Shown: positions 1-9,765 of the stretch, one piece after another
Layout: each line of letters begins with the position of its first letter
Position numbering within the stretch: the stretch's first letter is position 1
Assembly (NCBI GenBank): GCA_037441705.1
Contig: JBBIRR010000009.1
Location: 20,110-84,109 of the forward strand
Reading direction: 5' to 3'
Origin: Ignavibacteriales bacterium
GTDB lineage: Bacteria > Bacteroidota > Ignavibacteria > UBA10030 > UBA6906
Length of the DNA stretch: 64,000 nt
The notes under the pieces: model-generated
The model's input: only the letters and a program-made list of their open reading frames with translations
Database searches by the model: none
What the model was told of the DNA's origin: nothing
Translations under genes and position numbers: made by a program

Positions 1-318
1 GAGCATCGAATCATCAACCTGCTCAATCATCACCTCCACCTTTCCTCCGCAAATCAAACCCGTGTCCCCTACAGGATCATCAAGAGAGTATGTGAAGAAA
101 TGCGGCTTCGTCAGTCGTTCGTGCTCTACTCTCCAGACGATTTCTGCATCGAGACACCCACCGCCGACCGTTCCTATGCTGGCGAGCGGATCCGTGAAGC
201 GCACGATCATGCGCGATTGCATTGGGGCAGGAGTGGAGCCTGAGGTCTTGATGATGGTTGCCAGCGCCGCAGTCTTCTCCTCACGCAGCACTGTGCAAAG
301 CTCTCTGAAGATTCTCAT
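1..318 (-). CDS. xdhC: XdhC/CoxI family molybdo-enzyme maturation factor (5' part; runs off window edge)
   Basis: Not in ORF track. Manual translation from ATG 318: MRIFRELCTVLREEKTAALATIIKTSGSTP...GTVGGGCLDAE...GLICGGKVEVMIE, which carries the XdhC motifs. Follows mocA. Confidence 0.85.
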   Translation of the reverse strand, partial: MRIFRELCTVLREEKTAALATIIKTSGSTPAPMQSRMIVRFTDPLASIGTVGGGCLDAEIVWRVEHERLTKPHFFTYSLDDPVGDTGLICGGKVEVMIEQVDDSML

Positions 319-889
319 AATCTGCTACCGTATCAATATTCCGTATAACTCCGCTGTCCGGGCAGGGGACTTCCACCACGCTATCCCGATGTTGCCGGAC
401 AACAGCACGCGCGCCGATGGAAAGCGGCGCCTGTTTCAACTCTTGAAACAAAGTGGAAGGAAAGATTACAGGATGACCACGCTTCCCTTCAAACGTCGGC
501 AGCACGAGAGCGGGTTGGTGAACGAGGAAACTTTCTACCAACGCATGGACGGTTCCGGCTGTAACCAACGGGTGATCAACGGGGTGGACGATGACGGCGC
601 TCGATTCTCCTCGCTCAGCTTCGGCAATGCCAACGATAAGCGACGAAAGTTGACCCCGCAGATAATCATGATTGACGACCACCGTGACATTCAAGTCCTT
701 GATCTCCTCCCGCACATCATCAGCATGTGCGCCGAGTACGACGACAATGCGGGTGATGGCAGGATGGTTCAACGCCGCAATAATCCGTCGGATGAATGTC
801 TGCTTTCCAATCCTCAGCAGCGCCTTCGGGCGTCCCATTCGCTTCGACTCACCTGCGGCGAGGATGATGCCGGTAATCATGACGCTCAA
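281..889 (-). CDS. mocA: Molybdenum cofactor cytidylyltransferase (MocA/YgfJ-like NTP transferase)
   Basis: ILAAGESKRMGRPKALL, PVDHP and GHPVIF motifs; next to an XDH-family enzyme. Confidence 0.85.
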   Translation of the reverse strand: MSVMITGIILAAGESKRMGRPKALLRIGKQTFIRRIIAALNHPAITRIVVVLGAHADDVREEIKDLNVTVVVNHDYLRGQLSSLIVGIAEAERGESSAVIVHPVDHPLVTAGTVHALVESFLVHQPALVLPTFEGKRGHPVIFPSTLFQELKQAPLSIGARAVVRQHRDSVVEVPCPDSGVIRNIDTVADYENLQRALHSAA

Positions 890-1893
890 GAACTTATCAA
901 TTCAGCGAGGACTTTCCGCAAGAGTACCTTTGTCATCCTTCTTCGATAGCTCACAGTCTCCCCTATATTCGGAAGGGGCATGACATCTGCGGCCGCATGC
1001 TCAGCAGCATCTTCAATTCGATCGTCCGTCGGATGTTTTCCCTCCAGCACCAGCTCCGCCTCGTGCATTCTGAGCGGGGCGCTGGCCACAGCACCGATGA
1101 GAATGCGGAGATTCCGCAACGTGCCGTCTCCCTTCCTCTGGAAGGCAACGCCGACGTTCACAAGTGGATAGTCTATGGAACTGCGCTGCCGAAGCTTGCG
1201 ATGCGCGGCGCGGAGTCCCGCCGGTGGCTCCGGCAGAAGTACCTCGGCGAGAATCTCTCCCGGCTTGAGTGCGAGATGGTGCACACCATCTTGTGTGTAG
1301 AACTCGGCAAGCGGCATCGTACGCTCGCCTGCTGCACTGACCAGGCGCACAGAAGCGTTTAGCGCGATGAGTAATGGCGCGGTGTCCGAACTGAAAACTG
1401 CCGAGCAGACCGAGCGACCTGGTGCGGCATGACAGATGTCGTGACCGTCTCCTCCGTTGAGACGCAGCTTCAAACACCCGCCAAGGGCAATCCGCCACGA
1501 CTCGGATTCGTTATAGTAGTAGCAGCGCGTATCAAGACACAGATTGCCTCCGAGTGTCGCGCTGTTGCGAATGGCAGGTGACGCGACACTCTTTGCAGCG
1601 TTGGCGAGAGACGGATACGAGCCTCGTACTTCCGGCGAGCTTGCTATTTCCGCCAGCGTGCACATCGCTCCGATGGTGAGTCCGCCCTCTGCGCTCACCG
1701 AGATGCGACGTAGCTCCTTCATTCTTCCCAACCACACGAGCCGCTTTGGCGCATGCAATCCTTGTTTGAGGTTGGGAATGAGATCTGTCCCGCCTGCGAG
1801 GGTTTTGGTCTCGCCGTTCGAGTTAACCAGCGTCTCAATAAGCTCAGGAATAGACGCGGGCGCGAGCACATCAAGTTCCGGAAGTCGTATCAT
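886..1893 (-). CDS. hcrB: 4-hydroxybenzoyl-CoA reductase beta (FAD/[4Fe-4S]) subunit
   Basis: AGGTDL and ATLGGNL FAD motifs, plus the Cys insertion CLDTRC...C...C...C typical of HcrB. Confidence 0.85.
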   Translation of the reverse strand: MIRLPELDVLAPASIPELIETLVNSNGETKTLAGGTDLIPNLKQGLHAPKRLVWLGRMKELRRISVSAEGGLTIGAMCTLAEIASSPEVRGSYPSLANAAKSVASPAIRNSATLGGNLCLDTRCYYYNESESWRIALGGCLKLRLNGGDGHDICHAAPGRSVCSAVFSSDTAPLLIALNASVRLVSAAGERTMPLAEFYTQDGVHHLALKPGEILAEVLLPEPPAGLRAAHRKLRQRSSIDYPLVNVGVAFQRKGDGTLRNLRILIGAVASAPLRMHEAELVLEGKHPTDDRIEDAAEHAAADVMPLPNIGETVSYRRRMTKVLLRKVLAELISS

Positions 1894-4694
1894 TTCGCCC
1901 CCACCTCCAGTTCGGGTTTCTTCACTCGAAGAGCCTTCAGGATGTCGTCCGGAGTGAACGGAACAGAGCTCATCCGCACGCCGATGGCGTCATAGATTGC
2001 ATTGGCAATAGCCGGCGGAACGGCGAGCAGCGGACCTTCACCGGCTTCCTTCGCACCGAGCGGCCCTTCGGGATCGTTACTCTCGACGATAAAAACCTCG
2101 ATCGGCGGCGTATCTAACGCGGTGGGAGTCTTGTACTCAAGAAGCGACGCGGCTCGGAGCAGACCGCCGGGTGTGGTTTTCGTCGCGCGTGTGTACTCCA
2201 TGTTCTCAAACAGCGCCTCGCCAATCCCCATATACACGCATCCTTGAATCTGTCCTTCGACCAACGGTTTGTTGATAGCCTTACCGCAATCGTGCGCCGA
2301 CCAAACGTTGTGAATGGTGATGTGCCCGGTTTCCTCATCGACGCTCAGTTCCACCGCGTGTGCTGTAAAAGAGTATGATGGAGAAGGGCCTGCGCCTGCC
2401 CCCTTGTACGTGCCGCCTAACTTCGGGGGCGTGTAGTAACCAACCGCCGAGAGCGTGCCGAACTTCGCTTCGGCAAGTCGTGTTGCCTCGATGAAGCTGA
2501 GCTGCATCTCCGGATCGCGGGTGTAGATGACTCGACCGTTCAGGATTGCCAGGTCCTCGGTCCGCGTTTGGAGTTGTTCAGCGACCGCTTCAAGCAGCTT
2601 CTGCTTCAGTTCCCTCGCAGCCATGAGCACGGCGTTACCCGCCATGAACGTCACACGACTCGAATAGCTTCCGAGATCAACCGGCGTGAGGTGCGTATCA
2701 GCCTCGACAACTCTCACGCTCTGAAGCTCGATGCCCAGCGTTCGTGCAACGATTGTGGCAAGAACGGTGTTCGATCCCTGGCCGATATCCGACGACCCGC
2801 AGAAGACCATCACGCCGCCGCCGCGATCAATCTTGACGATGGCGCCCGAGTGAGGCAGTCCGAGCCAGTTGATTTCCTTCCCCGCGCCGCTGATGTAGGC
2901 GCTTGCCGCGAGTCCGATCCCCCGCCCACGCGGAAGCTTGCCGCGCTTTGCGCGCCAACCCGATGCTTCCATCACCTTCTCGATACACTCCTTCACACCG
3001 CAACTCGTAATGCGCAGGGAGTTGATGGTGAGCGAATTCTGCTCGACGAGATTCTTCAAACGAAGTTCTGCAGGATCCATGCCGATCGCCTCTGCAATGC
3101 GGTCGAGATGCACCTCGAACGCGAAGCGGGGCTGTGGCGCGCCGTGTCCTCGCTTCGGGCCAGCAGGCGGTTTGTTGGTATACAGGCGCCGGCTCTCGAA
3201 CTTGTAGTGTGGGACTTTGTACGGCATCGTGAGAAACTGCCCGCTGTAATACGATGTGACCACCCCGTAGCTGCCGTACGCTCCACCATCCAGCCAGCCT
3301 TTGTACTGAATGGCCGTGATCGTTCCGTCGTTCTTCACGCCGGTCTTCACCCACATCTTTGTTGCATGACGGCCGCGATGGGAGTAGAAGACTTCTTCAC
3401 GCGTGTAGGTGATTTTCACGGGGCGTCCCGTCTTGATCGAAAGCCACGCGGCGCAGAACTCCAGCGCAAACGGCTCCGACTTCCCGCCAAACCCTCCACC
3501 AAGCTGCGGCTTGATGACGCGGATGTGACTCGCCGGCATGTCCAGCACCTTTGCCAAGGTCCGATGGACGTAATGTGGAGTCTGAGTAGCAGACCAGAGC
3601 GTGAGGTGGCCGTTCCTGAAATCTCCGTTCTCTCTCGCCGGCTCGAACGACGCAAGCGCGGCGTGCGGTTCGAGCATTGCGTGCGTGCTTGCATCGTAGA
3701 AGAACTCGTCCTCTCGAACGTAGTCTGCTTCGGCAAAGCCTTCTTCCACATTTCCAAACTCAAGCTCCACGTGCTTGGCGGTATTGTCCGGATACCTGGT
3801 CTCTTCGTGAATCTTCGGAAGATCGGATCGGAGCGCATCTTTGATTGAAAGAATAACAGGAAGAAGTTCGTACTTCACCTCGATCAACCTGATCGCTTCC
3901 TGCGCGATGCGTTCACTTGTGGCCGCAACGGCAGCCACGCCATCCCCCACATAGCGCACTTTGTCAATACACAACGCCGTCTCATCCTGACTTGACGGAA
4001 GGATGCCGTATTTCGTCGGCAGGTCTTTTCCCGTCATGACGGCAACGACGCCCGGGAGCTTTTCTGCTCTTGACGTGTCGATGGAAAGGATACGTGCATG
4101 CGCGTGAGGACTGCGGAGAATTTTGGCGAAGAGCATGCGCGGGAGCGAGAGATCATCCGTGTACTTCGCTGCGCCGGTTACCTGTCCCACGGCATCCACC
4201 TTAATGCCCTGCTTCTCACACGCCCCTGCGCTTCGGTGGCCCTCGCATTGCACTGCTTCGATGATCTTTGTGTAGCCTGTGCAACGGCAGAGATTGCCGG
4301 AAAGTCTTTCGCGGATTTCTTCCTCCGTCAGCTTGCCGCCTTCGTCCATAAGCGACTTTGAAGTCAGGATCATCCCCGGGGTGCAGAAACCACATTGCAA
4401 GGCCGCATGATCAATGAATGATCGTTGGATGGGGGAGAGCGTGCCATCTTTTGCTAGACCTTCGATTGTCTCGATCGCGCAGCCCTCAACAGTCACTGCC
4501 AGCGTAATGCACGAGAGAATCGGTTTCCCGTCGGCAAGCACGGTGCACGCGCCGCAATCGCCAAGGTCGCAGCCGATCTTCACGCCCGTGAGGCCGAGCT
4601 GTTCGCGCAGGACTTCGGCAAGCGTCCACTGCGGCTCGACGGCTACCTCGTGCCGCTCGCCGTTGACGGTGAGTGTAATGAGATGCTTTCCCAT
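1890..4694 (-). CDS. hcrA: Fused 4-hydroxybenzoyl-CoA reductase gamma ([2Fe-2S], HcrC) and alpha (molybdopterin, HcrA) subunits
   Basis: N-terminal GCDLGDCGACTV and QCGFCTPG...NLCRCTGY; C-terminal GGGFGGK, RGHGAPQ, GSYSSRVT and AKEAGEG; one uninterrupted 934-aa frame. Confidence 0.85.
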   Translation of the reverse strand: MGKHLITLTVNGERHEVAVEPQWTLAEVLREQLGLTGVKIGCDLGDCGACTVLADGKPILSCITLAVTVEGCAIETIEGLAKDGTLSPIQRSFIDHAALQCGFCTPGMILTSKSLMDEGGKLTEEEIRERLSGNLCRCTGYTKIIEAVQCEGHRSAGACEKQGIKVDAVGQVTGAAKYTDDLSLPRMLFAKILRSPHAHARILSIDTSRAEKLPGVVAVMTGKDLPTKYGILPSSQDETALCIDKVRYVGDGVAAVAATSERIAQEAIRLIEVKYELLPVILSIKDALRSDLPKIHEETRYPDNTAKHVELEFGNVEEGFAEADYVREDEFFYDASTHAMLEPHAALASFEPARENGDFRNGHLTLWSATQTPHYVHRTLAKVLDMPASHIRVIKPQLGGGFGGKSEPFALEFCAAWLSIKTGRPVKITYTREEVFYSHRGRHATKMWVKTGVKNDGTITAIQYKGWLDGGAYGSYGVVTSYYSGQFLTMPYKVPHYKFESRRLYTNKPPAGPKRGHGAPQPRFAFEVHLDRIAEAIGMDPAELRLKNLVEQNSLTINSLRITSCGVKECIEKVMEASGWRAKRGKLPRGRGIGLAASAYISGAGKEINWLGLPHSGAIVKIDRGGGVMVFCGSSDIGQGSNTVLATIVARTLGIELQSVRVVEADTHLTPVDLGSYSSRVTFMAGNAVLMAARELKQKLLEAVAEQLQTRTEDLAILNGRVIYTRDPEMQLSFIEATRLAEAKFGTLSAVGYYTPPKLGGTYKGAGAGPSPSYSFTAHAVELSVDEETGHITIHNVWSAHDCGKAINKPLVEGQIQGCVYMGIGEALFENMEYTRATKTTPGGLLRAASLLEYKTPTALDTPPIEVFIVESNDPEGPLGAKEAGEGPLLAVPPAIANAIYDAIGVRMSSVPFTPDDILKALRVKKPELEVGAK

Positions 4695-4708
4695 GAGAGG
4701 CTTTTATG

Positions 4709-4872
4709 AAATCTCAAATCTCAATACCCAAATCGCAAACAAGTTCCAAAACACAGGACTCAAACGCCCTCGATTTCTCATGATGTTTCTCTCTACCATG
4801 ACGATACACGTTGAGATTTCAGATTTGACGATTGGAACTTGTTTGTAATTTGCCGTTTGTACATTGGGATTC
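4709..4872. repeat. Degenerate 7-nt-periodic palindromic intergenic element (copy 1, both arms)
   Basis: Left arm aaatctcaaatctc...CAAACAAGTTCCAA (4736-4749); its exact reverse complement TTGGAACTTGTTTG is at 4832-4845. Confidence 0.8.
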
Positions 4873-5460
4873 CAGACTCAGCTTTTTCCCTTTTTCAAAC
4901 GCTCGCAAATTCAAATCCAGAATTTTTGCATTCAGCGATTCCTTCATCACCGCCATCCAATGCTCATCGCCGATGCCGGTCTCATCAGCCATTGCGCCAA
5001 GCAAGACGGTGTTCGCTGCGCGGAAGTTGCCGAGTTGCGTTGCGACGGCGTTGGCATCAAAACACACAACACGGAAGCCCTTGCCGTTCAAGAACTCCTC
5101 GATGTTCTGAGGATACTCCACCGGCTTGTCGGTGAGCCGGGCCGGGACGCGGATCTCATCGTTGATGACTATCAGTCCGCCCTCGCGGACGTAGTGTGCC
5201 CAACGAAGTGCTTCGAGTTTCTCCAGCGCAAGCAGGATGTCCACTTCACCTGCGGGTGTGAGCGGTGAATAGACTTTTCGTGCGAACCGGACATGACTCA
5301 CCACGCTGCCGCCGCGCTGGGCCGCACCGTGCACCTCAGTCTTCTTCGCATCGAATCCCGCAGCGATTGCCGCACGCGCCGCAAGCTCGGAGACAAGCAG
5401 GATTCCCTGTCCGCCCACGCCGGCAAAGAGGAGGTTCTTTCCTGAACTCTTCTGGTTCAT
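4819..5460 (-). CDS. iorB: Indolepyruvate/aryl-2-oxoacid:ferredoxin oxidoreductase beta subunit
   Basis: AGVGGQGILL and EVHGAAQRGGSVVSHVRF; start moved to MNQKSS (5460) because the upstream extension lies in repeat DNA. Confidence 0.88.
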   Translation of the reverse strand: MNQKSSGKNLLFAGVGGQGILLVSELAARAAIAAGFDAKKTEVHGAAQRGGSVVSHVRFARKVYSPLTPAGEVDILLALEKLEALRWAHYVREGGLIVINDEIRVPARLTDKPVEYPQNIEEFLNGKGFRVVCFDANAVATQLGNFRAANTVLLGAMADETGIGDEHWMAVMKESLNAKILDLNLRAFEKGKKLSLESQCTNGKLQTSSNRQI

Positions 5461-5473
5461 TTTTCTATCTTGA

Positions 5474-5582
5474 AAAATCCCAAATTGCAAGAAACAAATG
5501 GCAAACAAACCCCAATTATCAAATCACAAGTGGCCAGTCAAATCCCAAATAAGCACCAAGAGTCAAGCTCGAAAAGCCAAAC
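5474..5582. repeat. Heptamer-periodic element (copy 2, two left arms in tandem)
   Basis: aaatcccaaattgcaagaaacaaatggcaaacaaaccccaa...aaatcccaaataagcaccaa. Confidence 0.7.
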
Positions 5583-5605
5583 ACGATGTAAGCAACAATC
5601 CCTTG

Positions 5606-5962
5606 TCACTGAACCACCCGATAGATCACCATCGCAACGCCGCAGACAAAGATGGTGGTGAATATTGCCTTGTTATTCTTCGCCAGCCATTTCGGCAAGA
5701 AGATATCAAAGTTGTCGTCCCTTGAAGTGGTGAAGCGGGCAGCCACCGGAGTCAGAGGACAGCTTCCGTTGAAGGCGAGAAGGACGATTCCTTCCAGCAC
5801 CACCAGTCCGATTGCATACCATACAAGGGCATCGATTCTGTTTCTGAGACCCGCATACACGACATAGCCGATCGCCATGACGAAGAACATCCATATCAAA
5901 GTGTGCAGTGACTTGACCAAGAGGAGTTTCTGGTCATTATTGAATGATCTATTACGCTTCAT
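5606..5962 (-). CDS. Small membrane protein (DUF2784-like, CPLT motif)
   Basis: Three hydrophobic segments, with H..IW, CPLTP and DNFDIFLP motifs. Confidence 0.6.
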   Translation of the reverse strand: MKRNRSFNNDQKLLLVKSLHTLIWMFFVMAIGYVVYAGLRNRIDALVWYAIGLVVLEGIVLLAFNGSCPLTPVAARFTTSRDDNFDIFLPKWLAKNNKAIFTTIFVCGVAMVIYRVVQ

Positions 5963-7733
5963 ACTCGATCCTTTGTACAGGTCGAATGGCCTCAAACGCG
6001 CACAGCTTCGCGCACAGATCGCAACCGACGCACCGTTCCTTCGAGATGTGTGGAATCGAGTCGAGACCTCCGATAGCCGGGCAGCCGATCTTCAGGCACA
6101 GGTCGCACTCTTCACACAGCTCGTCAATCACTTCGTACGGCACATGCGTCTTCGCTTTTTCTTCCGGAAGCAACACACACGGTCGCCGCGAGATGACAAC
6201 GGACGGCTCTCCGCAGTTCATTGCCTCCTTGATCGCTTTCTCGGTTGCCGTCAGGTCATACGGATCAATCACGCTGACGTGCTTCACACCGATGGCGCGA
6301 ATGAGTTCCTCGTAATTGATCGCGTACGTGTCCTCGTTCTTCACCGTCTTCCCCATGCCCGGATGCTGCTGGTGTCCCGTCATGCCGGTCGTGGAGTTGT
6401 CCATGAGGATGACAGTGGAGATGCCTTTATTAAAGACGATATCAATGAGCGGCGCGATGCCGCTGTGGAGGAATGTCGAATCGCCGATGACGGCAACGAG
6501 CTTCTTGCCGATCGTGGCTCGATGCACTTTCTCCATGCCGAACGCGTTGGCAACGCCGGCGCCCATGCAGAACGTCGTGTCGAGGGCGTTGAACGGATAG
6601 AGAGCGCCGAGAGTGTAGCAGCCGATGTCGCCCGTAACCACGGCCTTGAGTTTGTGCAGCACAAAGTAGACTCCGCTGTGCGGACAGCCGGGGCACATGA
6701 CCGGTGGGCGGGGCGGGATGGAGATTTCCGACTCAAACGACGCACGGCCATTGGTTCCAAGCAACGCGTGTCGGAGAATATCGGGCGAAAGCTCGAACGT
6801 GTTGGGGATGAGTTCCTTCCCGACGAGATTCATCACTCCGAAGGGGTTCTTCACCCCCATGATCCTGAGCTGCTCCTCGAGGAACGGCTCCAATTCTTCG
6901 ATGACATAAATCGTTTCGACGCCGTCGCAGAACGAATCAATGAGTTTCTTCGGGAGAGGATAGACCATGCCGAGCTTGAGAATCGAAGCCTGCGGGAAAA
7001 CTTCCTTCGCGTACTGATACGAGATGCCGCTTGTGATGATGCCGATCTTGCGTTGATTCCACTCGATCATATTGTGCGGGAAAGTCTCGGCGAACTCCTC
7101 TAACTTCTTCAGTCGTTCTTGGATGTTCTTCCTCCAACGCTTCCCGTGTATCGGCACGACGTGTTTTGCGGGATCGGATTTGTACTTCCGCGGCGGCTGG
7201 CGGTGTGGCTCATCGAACGTCACCACCGACTTCGAGTGCGACGTGCGAGTCGTGGTCCGCAGGAACACCGGCACATCGAACTGCTCGCTGATCTCAAACG
7301 CCAGCTTCACGAACTCCTTCGCTTCCTGGCTGTCGGAGGGTTCGAGCATCGGAATCTTGGCAAACTTCGCCAAGTAGCGGTTGTCCTGCTCGTTTTGGGA
7401 GGAGTGCATCCCCGGATCGTCTGCCGTGATGATGACAAAACCGCCATGCACGCCGGAGAACGGCGTGACCATGAGTGAGTCCAGCGCGACATTGACGCCC
7501 ACGTGCTTCATCGCAACCAGAGCGCGAGCACCGGCAAGACACGCACCATAGGCAACATCGAACGCCACCTTCTCGTTGGTGGACCATTCGACGTCAATGT
7601 CTTCGTAGCGGGCGAGGTTTTCGATGATCTCGGTGCTCGGCGTGCCCGGATAGCCCGCTGCGACGTGCACACCCGCTTCCCACGCACCTCGTGCGATGGC
7701 TTCGTTGCCGGAAACGAAATGGCTATTGCTCAT
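5952..7733 (-). CDS. iorA: Indolepyruvate/aryl-2-oxoacid:ferredoxin oxidoreductase alpha subunit
   Basis: SGNEAIARGA, YPGTPSTE, DDPGMHSSQNEQD, CPGCPH, GDIGCY, TPP motif GDSTF, and two C-terminal [4Fe-4S] motifs. Confidence 0.92.
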   Translation of the reverse strand: MSNSHFVSGNEAIARGAWEAGVHVAAGYPGTPSTEIIENLARYEDIDVEWSTNEKVAFDVAYGACLAGARALVAMKHVGVNVALDSLMVTPFSGVHGGFVIITADDPGMHSSQNEQDNRYLAKFAKIPMLEPSDSQEAKEFVKLAFEISEQFDVPVFLRTTTRTSHSKSVVTFDEPHRQPPRKYKSDPAKHVVPIHGKRWRKNIQERLKKLEEFAETFPHNMIEWNQRKIGIITSGISYQYAKEVFPQASILKLGMVYPLPKKLIDSFCDGVETIYVIEELEPFLEEQLRIMGVKNPFGVMNLVGKELIPNTFELSPDILRHALLGTNGRASFESEISIPPRPPVMCPGCPHSGVYFVLHKLKAVVTGDIGCYTLGALYPFNALDTTFCMGAGVANAFGMEKVHRATIGKKLVAVIGDSTFLHSGIAPLIDIVFNKGISTVILMDNSTTGMTGHQQHPGMGKTVKNEDTYAINYEELIRAIGVKHVSVIDPYDLTATEKAIKEAMNCGEPSVVISRRPCVLLPEEKAKTHVPYEVIDELCEECDLCLKIGCPAIGGLDSIPHISKERCVGCDLCAKLCAFEAIRPVQRIEYEA

Positions 7734-7746
7734 ATGGTTCATTGTG

Positions 7747-7885
7747 AAATTCCAAATATCAAATGCCAGGTTCCAAAGAAGCTCCAAGAATCAAGTTCCA
7801 AATTCAAAGAGGGTTCTTCGATGTCGACTTTTTCTTTTTGATATTTGGAACTTGTTTGTGATTTGGAGCTTGATGTTTGGAACTT
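7747..7885. repeat. Heptamer-periodic palindromic element (copy 3, both arms)
   Basis: aaattccaaatatcaaatgcc...caaagaagctccaa, followed by ttggaacttgtttgtgatttggagcttg. Confidence 0.8.
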
Positions 7886-7888
7886 AGT

Positions 7889-8917
7889 TCAGGGCACTAC
7901 AATTGACCTCAGCGCATTTTCATCATGGCGCCTGAGCAAATCAAACGCATCGTTGATCTTCTCCAGCGGGAATTTCTGCGTCACCAAGTCCTTCACCTTG
8001 ATCTTCCCGATACGGCAAAGCTCGATGAGCTTCGGGTAGTCAACGGGGCGGCAGCCGAGTGAGCCGCGCACTTCCATCTCGAAGTACATGATCTTTGCCG
8101 CGCTCAGCTTGATGTCTTCCGCCGAGTAGCCGACCACCACCAACCGACCGCCTTTGCGAAGCGTCCCGAACGCCGCCTCGATGGTCTGCGGCTTGCCGAT
8201 AGCTTCGATGGCGATATCGGCGCCGCCGCCCGTTATCTTCTTGATCTCCTTGCCGAGGTTCTCCACTTTCGTCGGGTTGACGGTATAGGAGGCGCCTAAT
8301 TTCTTCGCCCACTCCAGCTTCTTGTCGGAGATGTCAACAGCAATCACCACACCGCCGAATGCGGCAGCAACCTGCACAACATTCACTCCCACTCCCCCGC
8401 AGCCGAACACGACCACCGTATCACCTGCCCTCACTTCGGCGCGGTTCTTCACAGCATGGTACGGTGTGGAGATGGCGTCGGCGATAATCGAACCTTCTTC
8501 GAGCGGGATTTCATTTGGGAGATGGAAAATATCCTTGGCCGGAGCGACGACATATTCAGCATACGCGCCATCCACGTTGTTGCCGAACATAGTCATCGTC
8601 GAGCAGATATTCTCTCGACCTGTCCGGCAATACTCGCACGTCCCGCATGTGAGCACAGCGGGAAGCAGCACGCGATCGCCTTCCTTGAAATTCTTCACAT
8701 CCTTGCCGACCTGAGCGACGATGCCTGACGGCTCATGACCGAGAATGAGAGGCGGTTTCTTGAATGTCGGCACACCGTGGTCAATGTAGTGCAGGTCGGT
8801 GTGGCAGACGCCACACGCGGCAACTTTGACCAACACCTCGTGTGAGTTGATGGTCGGTGTTGGCCACTGGTCAATGACGAGCGGCTGATTGGGTCCGTGG
8901 AAGATGGCGGCGTTCAT
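7889..8917 (-). CDS. had: 6-hydroxycyclohex-1-ene-1-carbonyl-CoA dehydrogenase (Zn-ADH family)
   Basis: [13 protein letters not shown], structural Zn motif CGTCEYC and GCGGVG; located in the bcr cluster. Confidence 0.85.
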   Translation of the reverse strand: MNAAIFHGPNQPLVIDQWPTPTINSHEVLVKVAACGVCHTDLHYIDHGVPTFKKPPLILGHEPSGIVAQVGKDVKNFKEGDRVLLPAVLTCGTCEYCRTGRENICSTMTMFGNNVDGAYAEYVVAPAKDIFHLPNEIPLEEGSIIADAISTPYHAVKNRAEVRAGDTVVVFGCGGVGVNVVQVAAAFGGVVIAVDISDKKLEWAKKLGASYTVNPTKVENLGKEIKKITGGGADIAIEAIGKPQTIEAAFGTLRKGGRLVVVGYSAEDIKLSAAKIMYFEMEVRGSLGCRPVDYPKLIELCRIGKIKVKDLVTQKFPLEKINDAFDLLRRHDENALRSIVVP

Positions 8918-9765
8918 GTGACGGGTACGTTTGTGGTCTGATGCTTCTGCTGCTCAAGTTTTCGTAGCCGACGCTGGACAAGCAAGCACGCACCGAGTGC
9001 ACCTGCATACTCGGAATCGGGCGAGACGTTCACAGGCTTGCCGATCTTCTGTTCGAGCGCTTTCACCATGCCGACATTTTTCGTGATGCCTCCCGTCAAC
9101 GTGGTTTCGCCGTCCGATCCCACCTGCCGCAACATTGCCACGATACGGTCAGAGATGGAAAGCTGCGCGCCCATCAGAATGTCTTCCACCGGATATCCGG
9201 TCGTCACAAGGTTTATGACTTCAGATTCGGCAAGTACGGCACAGATGGAACTGATCGGCTGCGGATCTTTGGAGCGAAGGGACAGAGCTCCGATCTCCTC
9301 CAATTCCAGCTCCAGACCCTTCGCAACTCTCTCCAGGAAGCGTCCGGCGCCCGAAGCACATTTGTCATTCATCTTGAACTTCGTCACGCGTCCTTCGTGA
9401 TCAATCCTGATGGCTTTGGCATTCTGTGCGCCGACATCGAGGATGGTGGTTGTGTTCGGAAAGAGATACTTGGCGCCCATAGCGTGACAGGAGATGTCGG
9501 TGATCTGGATGTGACGCATCGGCACTTGATAGCGACCGTAGCCGGTGGAAGCAACATAGAAGACGTCGCGTATCGGAATCCCTGCCGTCGAGCACGCGGC
9601 GGCAAGCACTTTCTCGGAAGCTGCCGCAAGGTTGTGTCCTGTAAGCATAGTGGCACGGGCAATCACGGTTGATGACGCAGTGTCTAACACGACACACTTC
9701 GTCATCCGTGTGCCGATGTCGATCCCGGCGATGTAGCGTCCGTTGGAGGATTGCGCAAGCTTCAT
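8914..9765 (-). CDS. bcrD: Benzoyl-CoA reductase ATPase (activator) subunit, BcrD/BzdP-like
   Basis: [25 protein letters not shown] and [11 protein letters not shown] (ASKHA fold with cluster Cys). Confidence 0.8.
   Translation of the reverse strand: MKLAQSSNGRYIAGIDIGTRMTKCVVLDTASSTVIARATMLTGHNLAAASEKVLAAACSTAGIPIRDVFYVASTGYGRYQVPMRHIQITDISCHAMGAKYLFPNTTTILDVGAQNAKAIRIDHEGRVTKFKMNDKCASGAGRFLERVAKGLELELEEIGALSLRSKDPQPISSICAVLAESEVINLVTTGYPVEDILMGAQLSISDRIVAMLRQVGSDGETTLTGGITKNVGMVKALEQKIGKPVNVSPDSEYAGALGACLLVQRRLRKLEQQKHQTTNVPVT

Noticed and set aside
60-76. REP-like CGTGTCCCCTACAGG
   Set aside because: Lies inside the xdhC coding frame (PVGDTG) and has no partner arm.
62-949. 295-aa plus-strand ORF and the other long antisense ORFs (e.g. 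2568-3848, 5877-7103, 17294-18487, 51982-53250, 59410-60819)
   Set aside because: Shadow frames opposite well-supported genes, with no recognisable motifs.
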